DNA of 55,962 bases. It comes from Promethearchaeota archaeon (GTDB lineage Archaea > Asgardarchaeota > Lokiarchaeia > Sigyniarchaeales > SOKP01). This document shows positions 29,303 to 41,500 of this stretch, one piece after another. Positions within the stretch are counted from its first letter, which is position 1. The number at the start of each line of letters is the position of its first letter. The translations under genes were made by a program, and so were the position numbers. The notes below the pieces were generated by a model. That model had not been told where the DNA came from. It searched no databases and was given only the letters and a program-made list of their open reading frames with translations. Where the stretch lies: positions 1 through 55,962 of the forward strand of contig JBHLMQ010000015.1 of the NCBI GenBank assembly GCA_048938005.1. Direction: 5' to 3'.

Positions 29303-32300
29303 TTAATTTTGTACTTCCTCCTTTTCTAACAAATAGGAATCAATCATAGCTGAAATTTGATCAAAATCATAATGTTTTACCATAATCGCTCCTACCGGAC
29401 ATGTTGCTGCACATGTTCCGCATCCTTTACATAATGCCGAATTAATAGAAGATTTTGTTACAACAATACTTACATCTTCAAATTCTTTTGTTGTTTCTAT
29501 AAGCTCTATAGCTTTATATGGGCAAACTTCTTCACATTTACCGCATCCTATACACTTATCTGGATTTACTTCAGCAACTAAACCTGATGTAGTGATTTCT
29601 TTTGAACTTAAAAATCTACTTGCTCTCCCCGCTGCCCCATTTGCTTGTGATATTGAATCTTGTATGTTTTTAGGCCACTGAGCACACCCACATAAGAAAA
29701 TACCATCAGTAGCAAAATCTAAAGGTCTTAATTTAACATGAGCTTCTAAGAAAAATCCAGTTCTATCTAGAGGAACCTTAAGCATTTTTGCTAATACCTC
29801 TAGATTATCTGCAGGTATCATTGGAGTTGCTAAGACAATCATTTCAGTATCATAAGCTATCTCATCTTGTAGATTTGTATCAAAAACCTTAATTCCATAC
29901 TTTACTGAACTTTTCTTCTTCACTTCTGGTAAATTATCTAAATCATATCGTAAGAACATAGCATCTTTTCTTCGATTTCGATAATACTCTTCAAATTCCT
30001 TTTTAGCCATTTGAAAATCTCTATATAGAACGACAATTTCTAATTCCGGTTTTAATTCTTTTAGGATGTTTATATTTTTAATTGAAGTCCCGCAACACAC
30101 ATTTGAACAATAAGTTATACCTTCCTTTTGGCGGGCATTAACACATAATATAAATGTTATACGGTTAACCTTATGAAGCCAAGATTTATCTGTGTTTTGG
30201 AGTTTTTGTTCCAATTCCAATTGAGTTAAAACATTATCATTTTTATCTTCATATTCAAATAATCCTTTAGGTTTAAATTCCTGAGCTCCAGTGGCTACAA
30301 TAATGGTACCAATTTTTAATTCTTCAAGATCTTTCCCAGTATTACTTATAGATACCTCATAATTACCCACGTATCCTTTAATTGAATCAATTTTGGACTT
30401 GAATAAAACCTCAATATTCTTATGTTTATGTACTTTTTCTGTGATTTCTTTTAAGAAGAGTGAAGCATCCTCTTGAATAGGATATAAAATATTTAAATTA
30501 TTTAAGTTTCCTCCCAGTTTATCCTCCTTTTCAACTAGATATGCTTTAAATCCTTGATTTGCTATTTCCAAGGCAGCAGTCATGCCTGAAACACCTCCGC
30601 CTATGATTAAAGCAGTTGGTGTTATTTTTAATTTTTCCTCTGACTGAGGTTTAATTAATCGAGCTTTTGCTACTGCCATCCTCAAAAGATCCTTTGATTT
30701 TTCTGTAGCAGCTTCCTTTTCAGTCATATGAACCCAAGAACATTGATCCCGGATATTAACCATTTCAAATAAATATTTATTCATTCCAGCTTCTTGACAG
30801 GTTTCTTGAAATAGTGGTTCATGTGTCCGGGGAGTACATGAAGCTACGATGAATCTATTTAAATCATGTTGAGCAATTAATTCTTTAATTCTCTCTTGTG
30901 AATCAGAGCTACAAGAATAAAGATTATCTTCACAATGTACTACATTAGGTAATGTTTTTACATATTCTCTTACTTCAGGAACATCCACGTATTTTCCAAT
31001 ATTAATACCACAATGGCAAATAAGGACTCCAATTCGAGGTTCATCTGTTATTTTTACTTTTTTCTCGGGAATTTCAAAAACCTTTTCTTTAACTTCAGTG
31101 AATTTAGCGGAATTTAGCAGAGTTGCTACTTGAGATGCTACTCCACTAGCATCTGCTACAGTCTCCGGGATATCCATTGGACCTTGACAAAATCCACATA
31201 AGAAAATACCATCTTTCGAGGATAAAGATTTATTAAAGTAGGATTTTTCTTTAAAAAAGTTATACTGATCTAAATTAATATCTAAGGTTTTAGCCAATTC
31301 AATCGTTCCCTTAGAAGGAACCAAAGGTGTTGCTAATACAACTAAATTAGCTTTAAAATCTTTAAATTCTCCTGTTTTTAGATCCTCATAATGAATAATT
31401 AAATCTTTTGTTTCAGGATCTTCTTCGATTGTGCTAATTTTTGTTTGAAAATATTTTACTCCATATTCTTCTTGGGCTCTCTGAGTAAATTCATAGAAGT
31501 TTTTTCCATATGCTCTAATATCATGTCGAAATACATAACATTTTGAATGCTCAGAGTGCTCCTTGGTAATGATAGCCTCTTTAGCTGTATACATACAACA
31601 TACTGAAGAACAATAAGGTACATTTTCATGCAAATCTCTTGAACCTGCACATTGAATGAACGCGATTATTTCCGGTTCTTCCTCGTCACTAGGACGTAAG
31701 ACATGTCCACCAAATGGCCCTGAAGCACATAAAATTCTTTCATACTCTAGAGCATTAACTACATTTTCATATTGATATCCCCATCTTGAGGATAATTCTT
31801 CTGCAAACATATCAAAACCTGTTGCGACTACTATAGCTCCAACATTTAATTCGATTTCGTGTGGTTTTTGTTCATAATCTATAGCTTCTGCTGTGCAAAC
31901 CTTCTCACAGACCCCACAGACTCCCCTAGTCAGTTTTAAACACATATTTGGATCAATTAAATAAATGGGGGGAACAGCTTGAGGAAATGGAATATAAACA
32001 GATCTTCTTTTTCCTAAATTCATGTCAAAAATATTAGGTGCTTCAATCTTTGGACACTTAGCAGCACAATCTCCGCAGCCTTTACATTTTGCCTCATCAA
32101 TATATCGAGGTTTTTTAAGTACTGTTACTTTAAAATCTCCAGGTTCTCCTGAGACTTTTTGGACTTCATGATAAGTCATTAATTCAATGTTGGGATTTCT
32201 ATATACCTCTACCATTTTTGGGGCTAAAATGCATAAACTACAATCATTAGTAGGAAACGTTTTGTCAAGTTGAGCCATTCGTCCCCCAATTGAGGGATTT

Positions 32301-32398
32301 CTTTCAACTAAATAGACTTTGAATCCTAATTCTGTGAGGTCTAATGATGTTTGGATCCCAGCAACCCCTCCTCCAATGACTAGCACTGAACCTTGCAT
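29303..32398 (-). CDS. hdrA: Large tandem HdrA-like flavoprotein (two FAD modules plus ferredoxins), copy 1
   Basis: GGGVAG, DKTFPTNDCSLC, ferredoxin insert, CSSVCC, second module CHCG/SCTPRTHE/GGGVSG, C-terminal 2x[4Fe-4S]; TAATG overlap with the upstream gene. Confidence 0.9.
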   Translation of the reverse strand: MQGSVLVIGGGVAGIQTSLDLTELGFKVYLVERNPSIGGRMAQLDKTFPTNDCSLCILAPKMVEVYRNPNIELMTYHEVQKVSGEPGDFKVTVLKKPRYIDEAKCKGCGDCAAKCPKIEAPNIFDMNLGKRRSVYIPFPQAVPPIYLIDPNMCLKLTRGVCGVCEKVCTAEAIDYEQKPHEIELNVGAIVVATGFDMFAEELSSRWGYQYENVVNALEYERILCASGPFGGHVLRPSDEEEPEIIAFIQCAGSRDLHENVPYCSSVCCMYTAKEAIITKEHSEHSKCYVFRHDIRAYGKNFYEFTQRAQEEYGVKYFQTKISTIEEDPETKDLIIHYEDLKTGEFKDFKANLVVLATPLVPSKGTIELAKTLDINLDQYNFFKEKSYFNKSLSSKDGIFLCGFCQGPMDIPETVADASGVASQVATLLNSAKFTEVKEKVFEIPEKKVKITDEPRIGVLICHCGINIGKYVDVPEVREYVKTLPNVVHCEDNLYSCSSDSQERIKELIAQHDLNRFIVASCTPRTHEPLFQETCQEAGMNKYLFEMVNIRDQCSWVHMTEKEAATEKSKDLLRMAVAKARLIKPQSEEKLKITPTALIIGGGVSGMTAALEIANQGFKAYLVEKEDKLGGNLNNLNILYPIQEDASLFLKEITEKVHKHKNIEVLFKSKIDSIKGYVGNYEVSISNTGKDLEELKIGTIIVATGAQEFKPKGLFEYEDKNDNVLTQLELEQKLQNTDKSWLHKVNRITFILCVNARQKEGITYCSNVCCGTSIKNINILKELKPELEIVVLYRDFQMAKKEFEEYYRNRRKDAMFLRYDLDNLPEVKKKSSVKYGIKVFDTNLQDEIAYDTEMIVLATPMIPADNLEVLAKMLKVPLDRTGFFLEAHVKLRPLDFATDGIFLCGCAQWPKNIQDSISQANGAAGRASRFLSSKEITTSGLVAEVNPDKCIGCGKCEEVCPYKAIELIETTKEFEDVSIVVTKSSINSALCKGCGTCAATCPVGAIMVKHYDFDQISAMIDSYLLEKEEVQN

Positions 32399-33678
32399 TA
32401 TTTTTCTCCCTCCGAATTTTCATTGGAATTAACAATATTTATTAACCCAACTAAGAATTCAGAAAAATCCACAATTTCTATCGAAGCTATATCATCATAA
32501 TCATCTTGTAGACAAGATAAATGCATTTTACACTTTGGACATGATGTAACCATTATTTCTCCTGCATCTTTTGCTTCTAGAAGCCTTTTATATCGTAAAG
32601 CTTTTGATCGTTCATTACAATTCATCCATGAACTTACACCACAACACAACGCTTCAGTTTTATTGTGTGCCATTTCATTAAATTGATATCCGATTTTTTT
32701 TAAATAAGAAAAAATTTCACGCACATTTTCTATTATTTTATTATCTTTAGGTAAAAACCTACTTAAACGACATGGATCATGATATGTGAAGGGAATAGTC
32801 TGTTCTGCTTCAGAAGGATTTTTGAACTCAATTTTATTTGCTTTCCAATTTTCATAAATATATTCAATTAAATGTTTAACGATGAATTTATCTTTAAAAT
32901 TCTCAAAAATATTGGGATAGTCTACTTTAAAAGTCCGATAACATTCTGCACAGGCAGTGATAATTGTTTTTACTCCAGTTTCTTCAATCCTTTTGATATT
33001 TTTTTTTCCTAAATTAATGAAAGCTTCAAGTTTTCCTTGACCCCAATATAGATCGTGTCCACAACAGATTTCATCTTGAAGAACCACTATAGGTTCTTTT
33101 TCAATTTGACACAGTATTTTCAATGTGCTCTCTGCTATCGAATTTGAATTTTCAAATTCAAAATTAAAATATGGTAAACATCCAACATAATACATGATGC
33201 CTCCTTGGTCCGAAATTTCACATTCCTTTGGAACCCAATCAAGAGATCTATCCGGCTTTATATGAGACTCACTCATTATTTCTGAAATAGTAGTATATAC
33301 TCCTTTGTGAGCAACATAATCATCGGGATTTTGATTATGAGATTTTCGCATTTTATATTTTGCCATTCTTACAATATCAGCGAAATTTATTCCCTCAGGA
33401 CAATTTTGAAGACAGGCATTACATGTAAGACAGTCCCATAATACTCCACTGTCAATGATTTTGTCTTCAAATCCCTCTAATATCATTTGAATTATTCTAC
33501 TAGGTTCAAAAGATTGAACCTTGCTGAGTTGACAGACACCACTACAACGAACACATTGATAACATCTATATAATAATTTTCTTATATTTGGTTCATAAAC
33601 TTTTTCGATATAAAAATTGATATCATCACTGAGTTCTTCCGATTCATCTGTTTTTTTAGTCTCAGTAATATTATTCAC
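32398..33678 (-). CDS. HdrD/GlpC-like Fe-S oxidoreductase (HdrC-like ferredoxin plus two CCG domains), copy 1
   Basis: CYQCVRCSGVC, CLTCNACLQNCP, CCG, CAEC, HDPC, CCG, CPKC. Confidence 0.85.
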   Translation of the reverse strand: MNNITETKKTDESEELSDDINFYIEKVYEPNIRKLLYRCYQCVRCSGVCQLSKVQSFEPSRIIQMILEGFEDKIIDSGVLWDCLTCNACLQNCPEGINFADIVRMAKYKMRKSHNQNPDDYVAHKGVYTTISEIMSESHIKPDRSLDWVPKECEISDQGGIMYYVGCLPYFNFEFENSNSIAESTLKILCQIEKEPIVVLQDEICCGHDLYWGQGKLEAFINLGKKNIKRIEETGVKTIITACAECYRTFKVDYPNIFENFKDKFIVKHLIEYIYENWKANKIEFKNPSEAEQTIPFTYHDPCRLSRFLPKDNKIIENVREIFSYLKKIGYQFNEMAHNKTEALCCGVSSWMNCNERSKALRYKRLLEAKDAGEIMVTSCPKCKMHLSCLQDDYDDIASIEIVDFSEFLVGLINIVNSNENSEGEK

Positions 33679-33815
33679 TTCATTCAGTTAATTCAAATTT
33701 TAATAATTTGAACTGATAATGATTAGAAAAAAAGTAGAAAGAATTTATTTTTTCTGATTAGTTTTCATAACTCTATTGGCAAAGGAGGAATAGATTTTTA
33801 TAATGAGCTGATAAA

Positions 33816-34331
33816 TTACAATTCTTTTGTGTAGTAAGAGTCTAATGTTTTTATAACAAATATTTTAACTATAACTAAAAATAGAGATAGTAAACCACAA
33901 TAAAAACCAGGTAATATTCTTTCATTTATAGATATATTTTTCCAATAATCAAAAAAAATCATATCATCTCCAGCCACCTCATAAAAAAGAATTGGAATAA
34001 TAAGGCTGCCTATCAACGCTATGATCATCAATACCAAACTTAAATAGTAAGGAATTGATTTGTCAAAATTTCTATAAAAAATGAATTGCGCAAAAACTCC
34101 TTGTACAAAGAAAATTGATAAAATAATATATACAGGTTGGCCATAGACACTACTGTAAGGATAAGTAAACATACTATAATTCCAAACTGCATAAAAAGGC
34201 TCAGAATATTCAAATTCCTGGAGATACCATTCAATGTGAAATATTCCTAATATTATAGTTAGAAGGACGGTTAAAAGAATAATCGAGTTGAATATCAATT
34301 TTACTATAATGGATTTTATTGTATTTTCCAT
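33816..34331 (-). CDS. Hypothetical membrane protein
   Basis: 171 aa with about 4 hydrophobic segments, ATG start, no recognisable motif. Confidence 0.55.
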   Translation of the reverse strand: MENTIKSIIVKLIFNSIILLTVLLTIILGIFHIEWYLQEFEYSEPFYAVWNYSMFTYPYSSVYGQPVYIILSIFFVQGVFAQFIFYRNFDKSIPYYLSLVLMIIALIGSLIIPILFYEVAGDDMIFFDYWKNISINERILPGFYCGLLSLFLVIVKIFVIKTLDSYYTKEL

Positions 34332-34458
34332 TATTTTTGATATTTTTGTTAAATTATATTGTGATTGTATATCCCAAGATCCTTTTAAATTTAGTCATAA
34401 TTCTAATACGAAATGAGGATATGCTTAAAAAAATGAAACGGATTTCTTATATTTCAAT

Positions 34459-37400
34459 TTACATAGCAAGTGTTTTTATCATAGCATTAATTTGTTCAAA
34501 ATCATAGTGCTTTATAGAAATTGCCCCAACTGGACAATTCACAGCACAAGTCCCACATCCTTTACATAGTCCTGAATTTACAGAAGAATTTTTTATTGGT
34601 AAACTCACTTCTTCAAATTCCTTCATGACGCTCTTAGTTTCTATAGCATTATAGGAACAGGTTTCCTCACATTTTCCACATCCGATACACGTCTCTGGAT
34701 CTATTTCTGCTATTAACCCCGATGTAGTAATTTCTTCTGCGCTTAAAAATCTACATGCTCTTCCTGCGGCTCCATTTGCTTGTGATATTGAATCTTGGAT
34801 ATTTTTTGGCCAATGAGCACAACCACACAAGAATATCCCATCAGTAGCAAAATCTAATGGCCTTAATTTAACATGAGCCTCTAGAAAAAATCCATTACTG
34901 TCTAGAGGAACCTTGAGCATTTTTGCAAGCTCATCTAAATTGTCAGCGGGAACCATAGGTGTCGATAATACTAATAAATCTGTACTAAATTTGATATTAT
35001 CCTGTAAATTGGTATCAAAAACTTTAATTTCAAACGTACTTGTTTCTCCATTTATCTCTTTGATTACAGGTGGATTATCTAAATCATATCTCAAAAAAAT
35101 AGCATCTTTTCTTCGCTCACGATAATATCTTTCAAATTCTTTCTTTGCCATTTGAAGATCTCTATAAAGAACAATTAATTTGAGGTCATGCTTTAATTCT
35201 TTTAGAAGGTTAATGTTTTTTATTGCACTTTCACAACAAATATTTGAGCAATAGGTTATCCCTTTTTCTTGTCTAGCATTGACACATAATAGAGTAGTTA
35301 TATGATTAAGTTTGTTTAGCCATGATTTATCTTCATCCTTTAATTTCTGTTCAAGTTGTAATTGTGTAATTACATTGTGGTTTGTATAAGTATATTCAAA
35401 AAATTCATTAGGTTTTAATTCTTGTCCTCCTGTGGCAACAATAATAGTACCAATTTTTAATTCATGAATCTTATTACCGGAATCACTTAGAGAAACATCA
35501 TAATTTCCGATATATCCATTGATATTTTTTAAATCAGAATTTAAAAAGATTTGAATGTTCTTATTTTGTTTAACTTTTTCTATAGTTTCGTTTAGTAAGA
35601 CTGAAGCGTCCTCTTGAGTAGGATATAGCATATTCAAATACTTTAAATTTCCACCTAAATATTTATCTTTTTCTATAAGATAAGCTTTAAATCCTTGATT
35701 AGCAATATTTAATGCAGCAGTCATTCCAGATATACCTCCACCAATTACTAATGCTGTTTGAGTGATTTTTAGTTTTTTTTCTTCTTGCGATTTTAATAAT
35801 CTTGATTTAGCGACTCCCATCCTTATTAAATCAACTGCTTTTTCCGTAGCGAGCTCCTTCTCTGTCATGTGTACCCATGAACATTGGTCACGGATATTTA
35901 CCATTTCGAATAAATATTTATTTAAACCAGCTTCTTGACAAGTTTCTTGAAATAAGCTTTCATGCGTCCTAGGAGTACAAGACGCTACAATAAATCTATT
36001 TAAATTGTATTCACCTATTACTTCTTTAATTCGTTCTTGAGAATCTGAACTACAAGAATACAAATTATCTTCACAAAACACTACATTGGGTAAAGTTTTT
36101 ACCTGTTCTATAACTTGAGGAATGTCAATATATTTTCCAATATTAATACCACAATGACAGATAAGGACTCCAATTCTTGGAATATCTGTTTCTTTAACTA
36201 TTTTTTCCGGTATTCCAATAATTTTTTCTTTCGTTTCAGTAAACTTAAAAGAATTAAGTAAAGTTGCTACTTGTGAAGCTACCCCACTAGAGTCAGCAAC
36301 CGTTTCTGGTATATCCATCGGACCTTGACAAAAACCAGCTAAAAAGATACCTTCTTTAGTGGATAAAGATTTATTAAAATATGATTTCTCTTTAAAAAAA
36401 TTATATTGATCTAGTTCAATATTTAAAACTTCAGCTAATTCTTTAGTTCCAGCTGAAGGGACTAGAGGTGTAGCCAATACTACTAAATTAGCATGAAAGT
36501 CCTTAAATTCACCCGTTTTTAGATCTTCATAATGAATTACTAAATCATTTGTTTCTGGATTTTCGATTATTCTACTAATTTTTGTTTGTAAATATTTTAC
36601 TCCATATTCTTTTTGAGCTCTCTGGGTAAATTCATAGAAATTTTTTCCATATGCTCTAACATCATGTCTAAATACAAAACATTTTGAATTTTCAGAATGT
36701 TCTTTTGTAATAATGGCTTCTTTGGCAGTATACATACAACATACACTTGAACAATAGGGAATTCCCTCACGTAAATCTCTTGAGCCTGCACATTGAATAA
36801 ATGCTATTATCTCAGGTTCTTTCTCATTACTAGGTCGTAAAATATGACCCTCAAATGGTCCAGAAGCCGATAACATTCGTTCATATTCTAAAGCACTTAC
36901 TACATTTTTATAATTATATCCCCACCTTGAAGTTAACTCTTCCCCTAACATGTCATATCCAGTAGCAACAACGATAGCACCAACTTTTAAATTGATTTTT
37001 TGAGGTTTCTGTTCATAGTCTATTGCTTCTGCCTTACAAACTTTTTCACAAACCCCACATACTCCTTTAGTAAGTTTCAAGCATAATTCTTGGTCAATTA
37101 AATATACTGGAGGTACTGCTTGCGGAAAAGGAATGTAGATAGATTTTCTTTTACCAAGATTCATATCAAAGATGTTAGGGGTTTCAATTTTTGGACATTT
37201 AGCAGCACAGTCACCACATCCCTTACATTTCGTCTCATCAATATAACGAGGTTTTTTAAGGACTGTAACCTCAAAATTTCCTGGCTTTCCTGTAACTTTT
37301 TGAACTTCATGGTATGTCATTAATTCAATATTAGGATTTCTAAATACTTCTACCATTTTCGGAGCAAGAATGCATAAAGAACAATCATTTGTAGGAAATG

Positions 37401-37539
37401 TTTTGTCAAGTTGAGCCATCCTCCCTCCAATTGAAGGGGCTTTTTCTACAAGGTAAACTTTAAATCCCAATTCAGTTAAATCTAAAGAAGTTTGTATCCC
37501 TGCTATCCCACCACCAATAACTAATACTGATCCTTCCAT
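34459..37539 (-). CDS. hdrA: Large tandem HdrA-like flavoprotein, copy 2
   Basis: Same architecture and motifs as 29303-32398. Confidence 0.9.
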   Translation of the reverse strand: MEGSVLVIGGGIAGIQTSLDLTELGFKVYLVEKAPSIGGRMAQLDKTFPTNDCSLCILAPKMVEVFRNPNIELMTYHEVQKVTGKPGNFEVTVLKKPRYIDETKCKGCGDCAAKCPKIETPNIFDMNLGKRKSIYIPFPQAVPPVYLIDQELCLKLTKGVCGVCEKVCKAEAIDYEQKPQKINLKVGAIVVATGYDMLGEELTSRWGYNYKNVVSALEYERMLSASGPFEGHILRPSNEKEPEIIAFIQCAGSRDLREGIPYCSSVCCMYTAKEAIITKEHSENSKCFVFRHDVRAYGKNFYEFTQRAQKEYGVKYLQTKISRIIENPETNDLVIHYEDLKTGEFKDFHANLVVLATPLVPSAGTKELAEVLNIELDQYNFFKEKSYFNKSLSTKEGIFLAGFCQGPMDIPETVADSSGVASQVATLLNSFKFTETKEKIIGIPEKIVKETDIPRIGVLICHCGINIGKYIDIPQVIEQVKTLPNVVFCEDNLYSCSSDSQERIKEVIGEYNLNRFIVASCTPRTHESLFQETCQEAGLNKYLFEMVNIRDQCSWVHMTEKELATEKAVDLIRMGVAKSRLLKSQEEKKLKITQTALVIGGGISGMTAALNIANQGFKAYLIEKDKYLGGNLKYLNMLYPTQEDASVLLNETIEKVKQNKNIQIFLNSDLKNINGYIGNYDVSLSDSGNKIHELKIGTIIVATGGQELKPNEFFEYTYTNHNVITQLQLEQKLKDEDKSWLNKLNHITTLLCVNARQEKGITYCSNICCESAIKNINLLKELKHDLKLIVLYRDLQMAKKEFERYYRERRKDAIFLRYDLDNPPVIKEINGETSTFEIKVFDTNLQDNIKFSTDLLVLSTPMVPADNLDELAKMLKVPLDSNGFFLEAHVKLRPLDFATDGIFLCGCAHWPKNIQDSISQANGAAGRACRFLSAEEITTSGLIAEIDPETCIGCGKCEETCSYNAIETKSVMKEFEEVSLPIKNSSVNSGLCKGCGTCAVNCPVGAISIKHYDFEQINAMIKTLAM

Positions 37540-37622
37540 TATTTAACACTTTTAAATTTTTTTAATAAAAATTAGTTTTCCGCATCTTTTTTTCCATTGA
37601 ATAAAAAATAAAGAAATGTAAT

Positions 37623-37637
37623 TATATAAATATTTTT
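37623..37637 (-). promoter_or_regulatory. Putative BRE/TATA internal promoter upstream of hdrA copy 2
   Basis: Minus-strand AAAAATA-TTTATATA about 85 nt upstream of ATG 37539, within a ~560-bp intergenic gap. Confidence 0.35.
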
Positions 37638-38103
37638 ATGAAAAATGATCGGAATCCACCATTTTTCGCTTTTAAAATGATCAGTCCCATGCATCTATCA
37701 TTTCTAGGTTTTCGTAATTAGTCATAGTCTACATCTTTCTTTAATATTTCTGAATGTTTTGTTCGTTTTTGTTAGGAATATAAGGGAAAGAGATCCAGAA
37801 TGATAATTTTTCTTTTATGTATGATAGATTTGGGTAGGATTATATTTTTCAGTTTTCTTTAATCTGCATTATGTTAATTGTTGATAATAATACAAGTTAT
37901 AATGATCAATCTCTAGCACATTATACATTTTAAATAGCGAGATCGATCAAGAATTAAAATAATGCAAAAAATGGAAAGGGTATTGACATATTAGAGGATA
38001 ATTTGAACATATAATTTTAATATATCTTTAGAATAATGAAAAAATTAATTTAATCCTCTAATAAATATTAGAGTTATTTATTTTTTTTTATGAAAAGTAA
38101 TTT

Positions 38104-38535
38104 TTAGATTGGTCTTAAGGGACCTAGTTCTTTAATTTGATTTGTGAATTCTGTAATGACTTCAGCAAATCGTTTTCCTTCAGATGCACTTACCCACTCA
38201 AGTCTAAATCTTTTTTCAAGATTAAACATTCTTAAAATTTCTCGGAAATTTTCAAATCTATCTCTTGCAAACTCATTTCCCTTCAAGTAATGACAGTCGC
38301 CAATATGACATCCAGTTACAATGACTCCATCAATTCCATTTTTAAATGCCTCTAAAATAAAAGCGGGATCTACCCTTCCAGAACACATTACTCTGACAAT
38401 TCTAATAGTAGAGGGGTATTGAAATCGTGAGACTCCGGCTAAATCAGCTCCAGCATAGCTACACCAATTACAGCAAAAACACAAAATATTTGGGTGAAAT
38501 TCCTTTTTACTTACTTTCTTTTTTGACTTAGACAT
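38104..38535 (-). CDS. mvhD: MvhD-type [2Fe-2S] subunit (Cys form), copy 2
   Basis: [29 protein letters not shown]. Confidence 0.92.
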   Translation of the reverse strand: MSKSKKKVSKKEFHPNILCFCCNWCSYAGADLAGVSRFQYPSTIRIVRVMCSGRVDPAFILEAFKNGIDGVIVTGCHIGDCHYLKGNEFARDRFENFREILRMFNLEKRFRLEWVSASEGKRFAEVITEFTNQIKELGPLRPI

Positions 38536-38553
38536 ATATTAACACCTTATAAT

Positions 38554-41500
38554 TTAACTTTGAACTAAAAGAGCAGAAATCATGGCATTTATTTGTTCAA
38601 AACCAAAATGCTTAATAACTATTGTTGAATTGGGGCATTGTGCACCACATGTACCACAACCTTTACAAAGCGCAGGATTTACATGAGATTTCCTTATAGT
38701 CATTGTGATATCTTCAAAGGATCTTTCTGTCTCAATTAATTCTATAGCATTAAATTGACAGACTTCTACACAGCTTCCACAGCCAATACAATTTTCTTCT
38801 ATTACAACAGCTACAAGTCCAGAAGTTACAAGTTTTTCTGTACTTAAAATTTTGACTGCTTGAGCAGCAGCGCCATTGGATTGTGTAATTGATTCTCGAA
38901 GATCTTTGGGTGAATGAGCACACCCACATAAATATATTCCATCTGTAGCAAAATCAATTGGTCTCAGTTTAACATGAGCTTCCAAAAAGAATTTATCCTC
39001 ATTAAGTGGGACTTTTAACATTTTTGCTAACTCTTCATTTTCTTTTATGGGTGCTACGAGTCCTGTACTTAGCACAAGTAAATCAGGATTTATTTCAAGA
39101 TCCCCTAAGTCTGGATTGTTTACTTTAATTGTTAACTGTTCTTTTTTAATATTTAATTCTGGAGGTTTAGATTCATCAAACCTAAGAAATATAATCTTTT
39201 TATCTCGTGCTAAGTTGTAAAATTTTTCTTTAAAACCATATGTTCGAATATCACGATATAGAACTACTATTTCAATATTAGGGTTGATTTCTTTTGCTTT
39301 TAATGCATTTTTAATGGCTTCAGAACAGCATATTCGACTACAATATGGATGTTCTTCATTTCGTGATCCAACGCATTGAATCATAACTATTGATTTCAAA
39401 CCTTTTATTTTATCAGTAGTAAAAAGATCTTTTTCAAATTCAGTTTGGGATATAATTCTTTGATCTTCCCCAAAACTATATTCTTTTGGTTGATATTCTT
39501 TCGCTCCAGTAGCTACAATTATTATTCCATGTTCAAGATCAACACTTTTGCTATTATTTCCATAACTTACATTTGTGGAAAAATTCCCGATATATCCTGA
39601 TATTGAATTGATTTGAGCATTTTTAATTACGTGGATAAATTGATTATTATCAACTTTTTTAATTAGGTTTTCAAGAAACTCTTGAACATCATCATTTTCG
39701 AGGGTTCGATAAATATTTTTAGCAAATCCACCTAGAGAATCTTCCTTCTCAATTAAGAAAACTTCATAACCTTGAGAAGCTAGATTTAATGATGCAGACA
39801 TTCCAGAAACACCCCCACCTATGATTAATCCTTTAGGTATTACGGTTATTTCTTGTTCCTGTAATGGGATTAATTGGCTAGCCTTTGCTACTGACATACG
39901 CAATAAGTCTTTTGATTTTGCAGTTGCTTTTTCATGTTCGTGCATATGAACCCATGAACATTGATCTCGAATATTAACCATTTCAAAAAGGTATTTATTT
40001 AAACCAGCTTCTCTAATTGTTGCTTGAAATAAAGCTTCATGAGTTCTTGGAGTGCATGAAGCAACTATAACTCTATTCAGTTGATTTGCTTCTATTTTTT
40101 CTTTTATACTTGTTTGAGTATCTGCAGAACAAGTATATAAATTGTGCTCAGCATAGACTACATTAGGTAATGTTTTAACATATTCAACAACTTCAGGTAC
40201 GTCAACAACACCACCTATATTTATCCCACAATGGCAAATAAATACACCTATGCGTGGTGGTTGATCGCTTACATCTAATTCTTCAGGAAGTTCTTTTTTT
40301 GAGACCAATTTATTTCTTGCTTCTGGCAGGAGTACATTCACACGTCCTGCAGCTGCACTTGCTTCGATAACAGTTTCTGGAATATCTTTAGGTGATGCAA
40401 ACGCTCCACATACATAAATTCCCGGTTTTGAAGTCTCTACTGGACTGAAAGTATTGGTTTTACAAAAACCATATTCATTTAACTCGATATTTAATTTCTG
40501 AGCTAAATCTTTTGCTCTTTGATTAGGTTGCATTCCTACTGAAAGAACAACAAGGTTAAAAATTTCTTCAATAATTTTTCCATTTTCTGTCTCATAATAA
40601 ACTTTCAAATCTTTAGAATACGGGATCTCTTTAATAGACGATATTCTACGTCTAATGTATCTTACTCCATATTCATCTCTCGCTCGTTCAATATATTTGT
40701 CAAAATCCTTACCGTATGCTCGGATGTCCATCGTAAAAATGGTTGGTTCTACAATATCCATGTGTTCTTTAGCAATAACTGCTTCTTTTGTAGTATACAT
40801 ACAACAAACTGAAGAACAATAATCAATACCATGTTGTTTATCTCTTGAACCAATACATTGTAAGAACGCTATTTTTCTAGGAATAATTCCATCAGAAGGG
40901 CGAAGTATTAAACCAGCATGTGGTCCACTAGCGCTTAATATCCGTTCGAATTCAGTACTCGTGATAACATTTAAATATTTACCATAACCAAGTTGAGTTA
41001 AAGGAGTTGGATCATACTCATCAAAACCAGTTGCTAGTATTACCGCTCCTACATTAAGTTGAATATTTTTATCTTGAAGTTCATAATTTATAGCTTCGGC
41101 TTTACATATTCCTTCGCAAACTCCACAACCTACACATTTGTCTTTATTAATTGAAAAAACTAAAGGAACAGCCTGTGGAAATTTCACGGAGATTGCTGTT
41201 TTGTTTGAGAGGCCTTTATTAAAAATGTCAATTGCTTCTATAGGGCATTTTTGAGCACATAACCCGCAACCTGTACATTTATTTTGATCCAAATAAAGTG
41301 TCTTTTGAGTTAAATCAACTATAAAATTTCCTGGTTCTCCTTCAATTTTTTCTATATTTGAGTTTATTAAAATGTCAATATTTTCATGGCGACCAGTTTG
41401 TACTAATTTCGGAGCAAGAATGCATATAGCACAATCATTAGTTGGAAAAGTTTTATCTAATTGAGACATTACTCCTCCTATACTTGTTGTGGATTCAGCT

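Noticed and set aside
37540-38103. Possible ncRNA or mobile-element remnant in the ~560-bp gap
   Set aside because: No convincing structure, terminal repeats or coding remnant seen by eye
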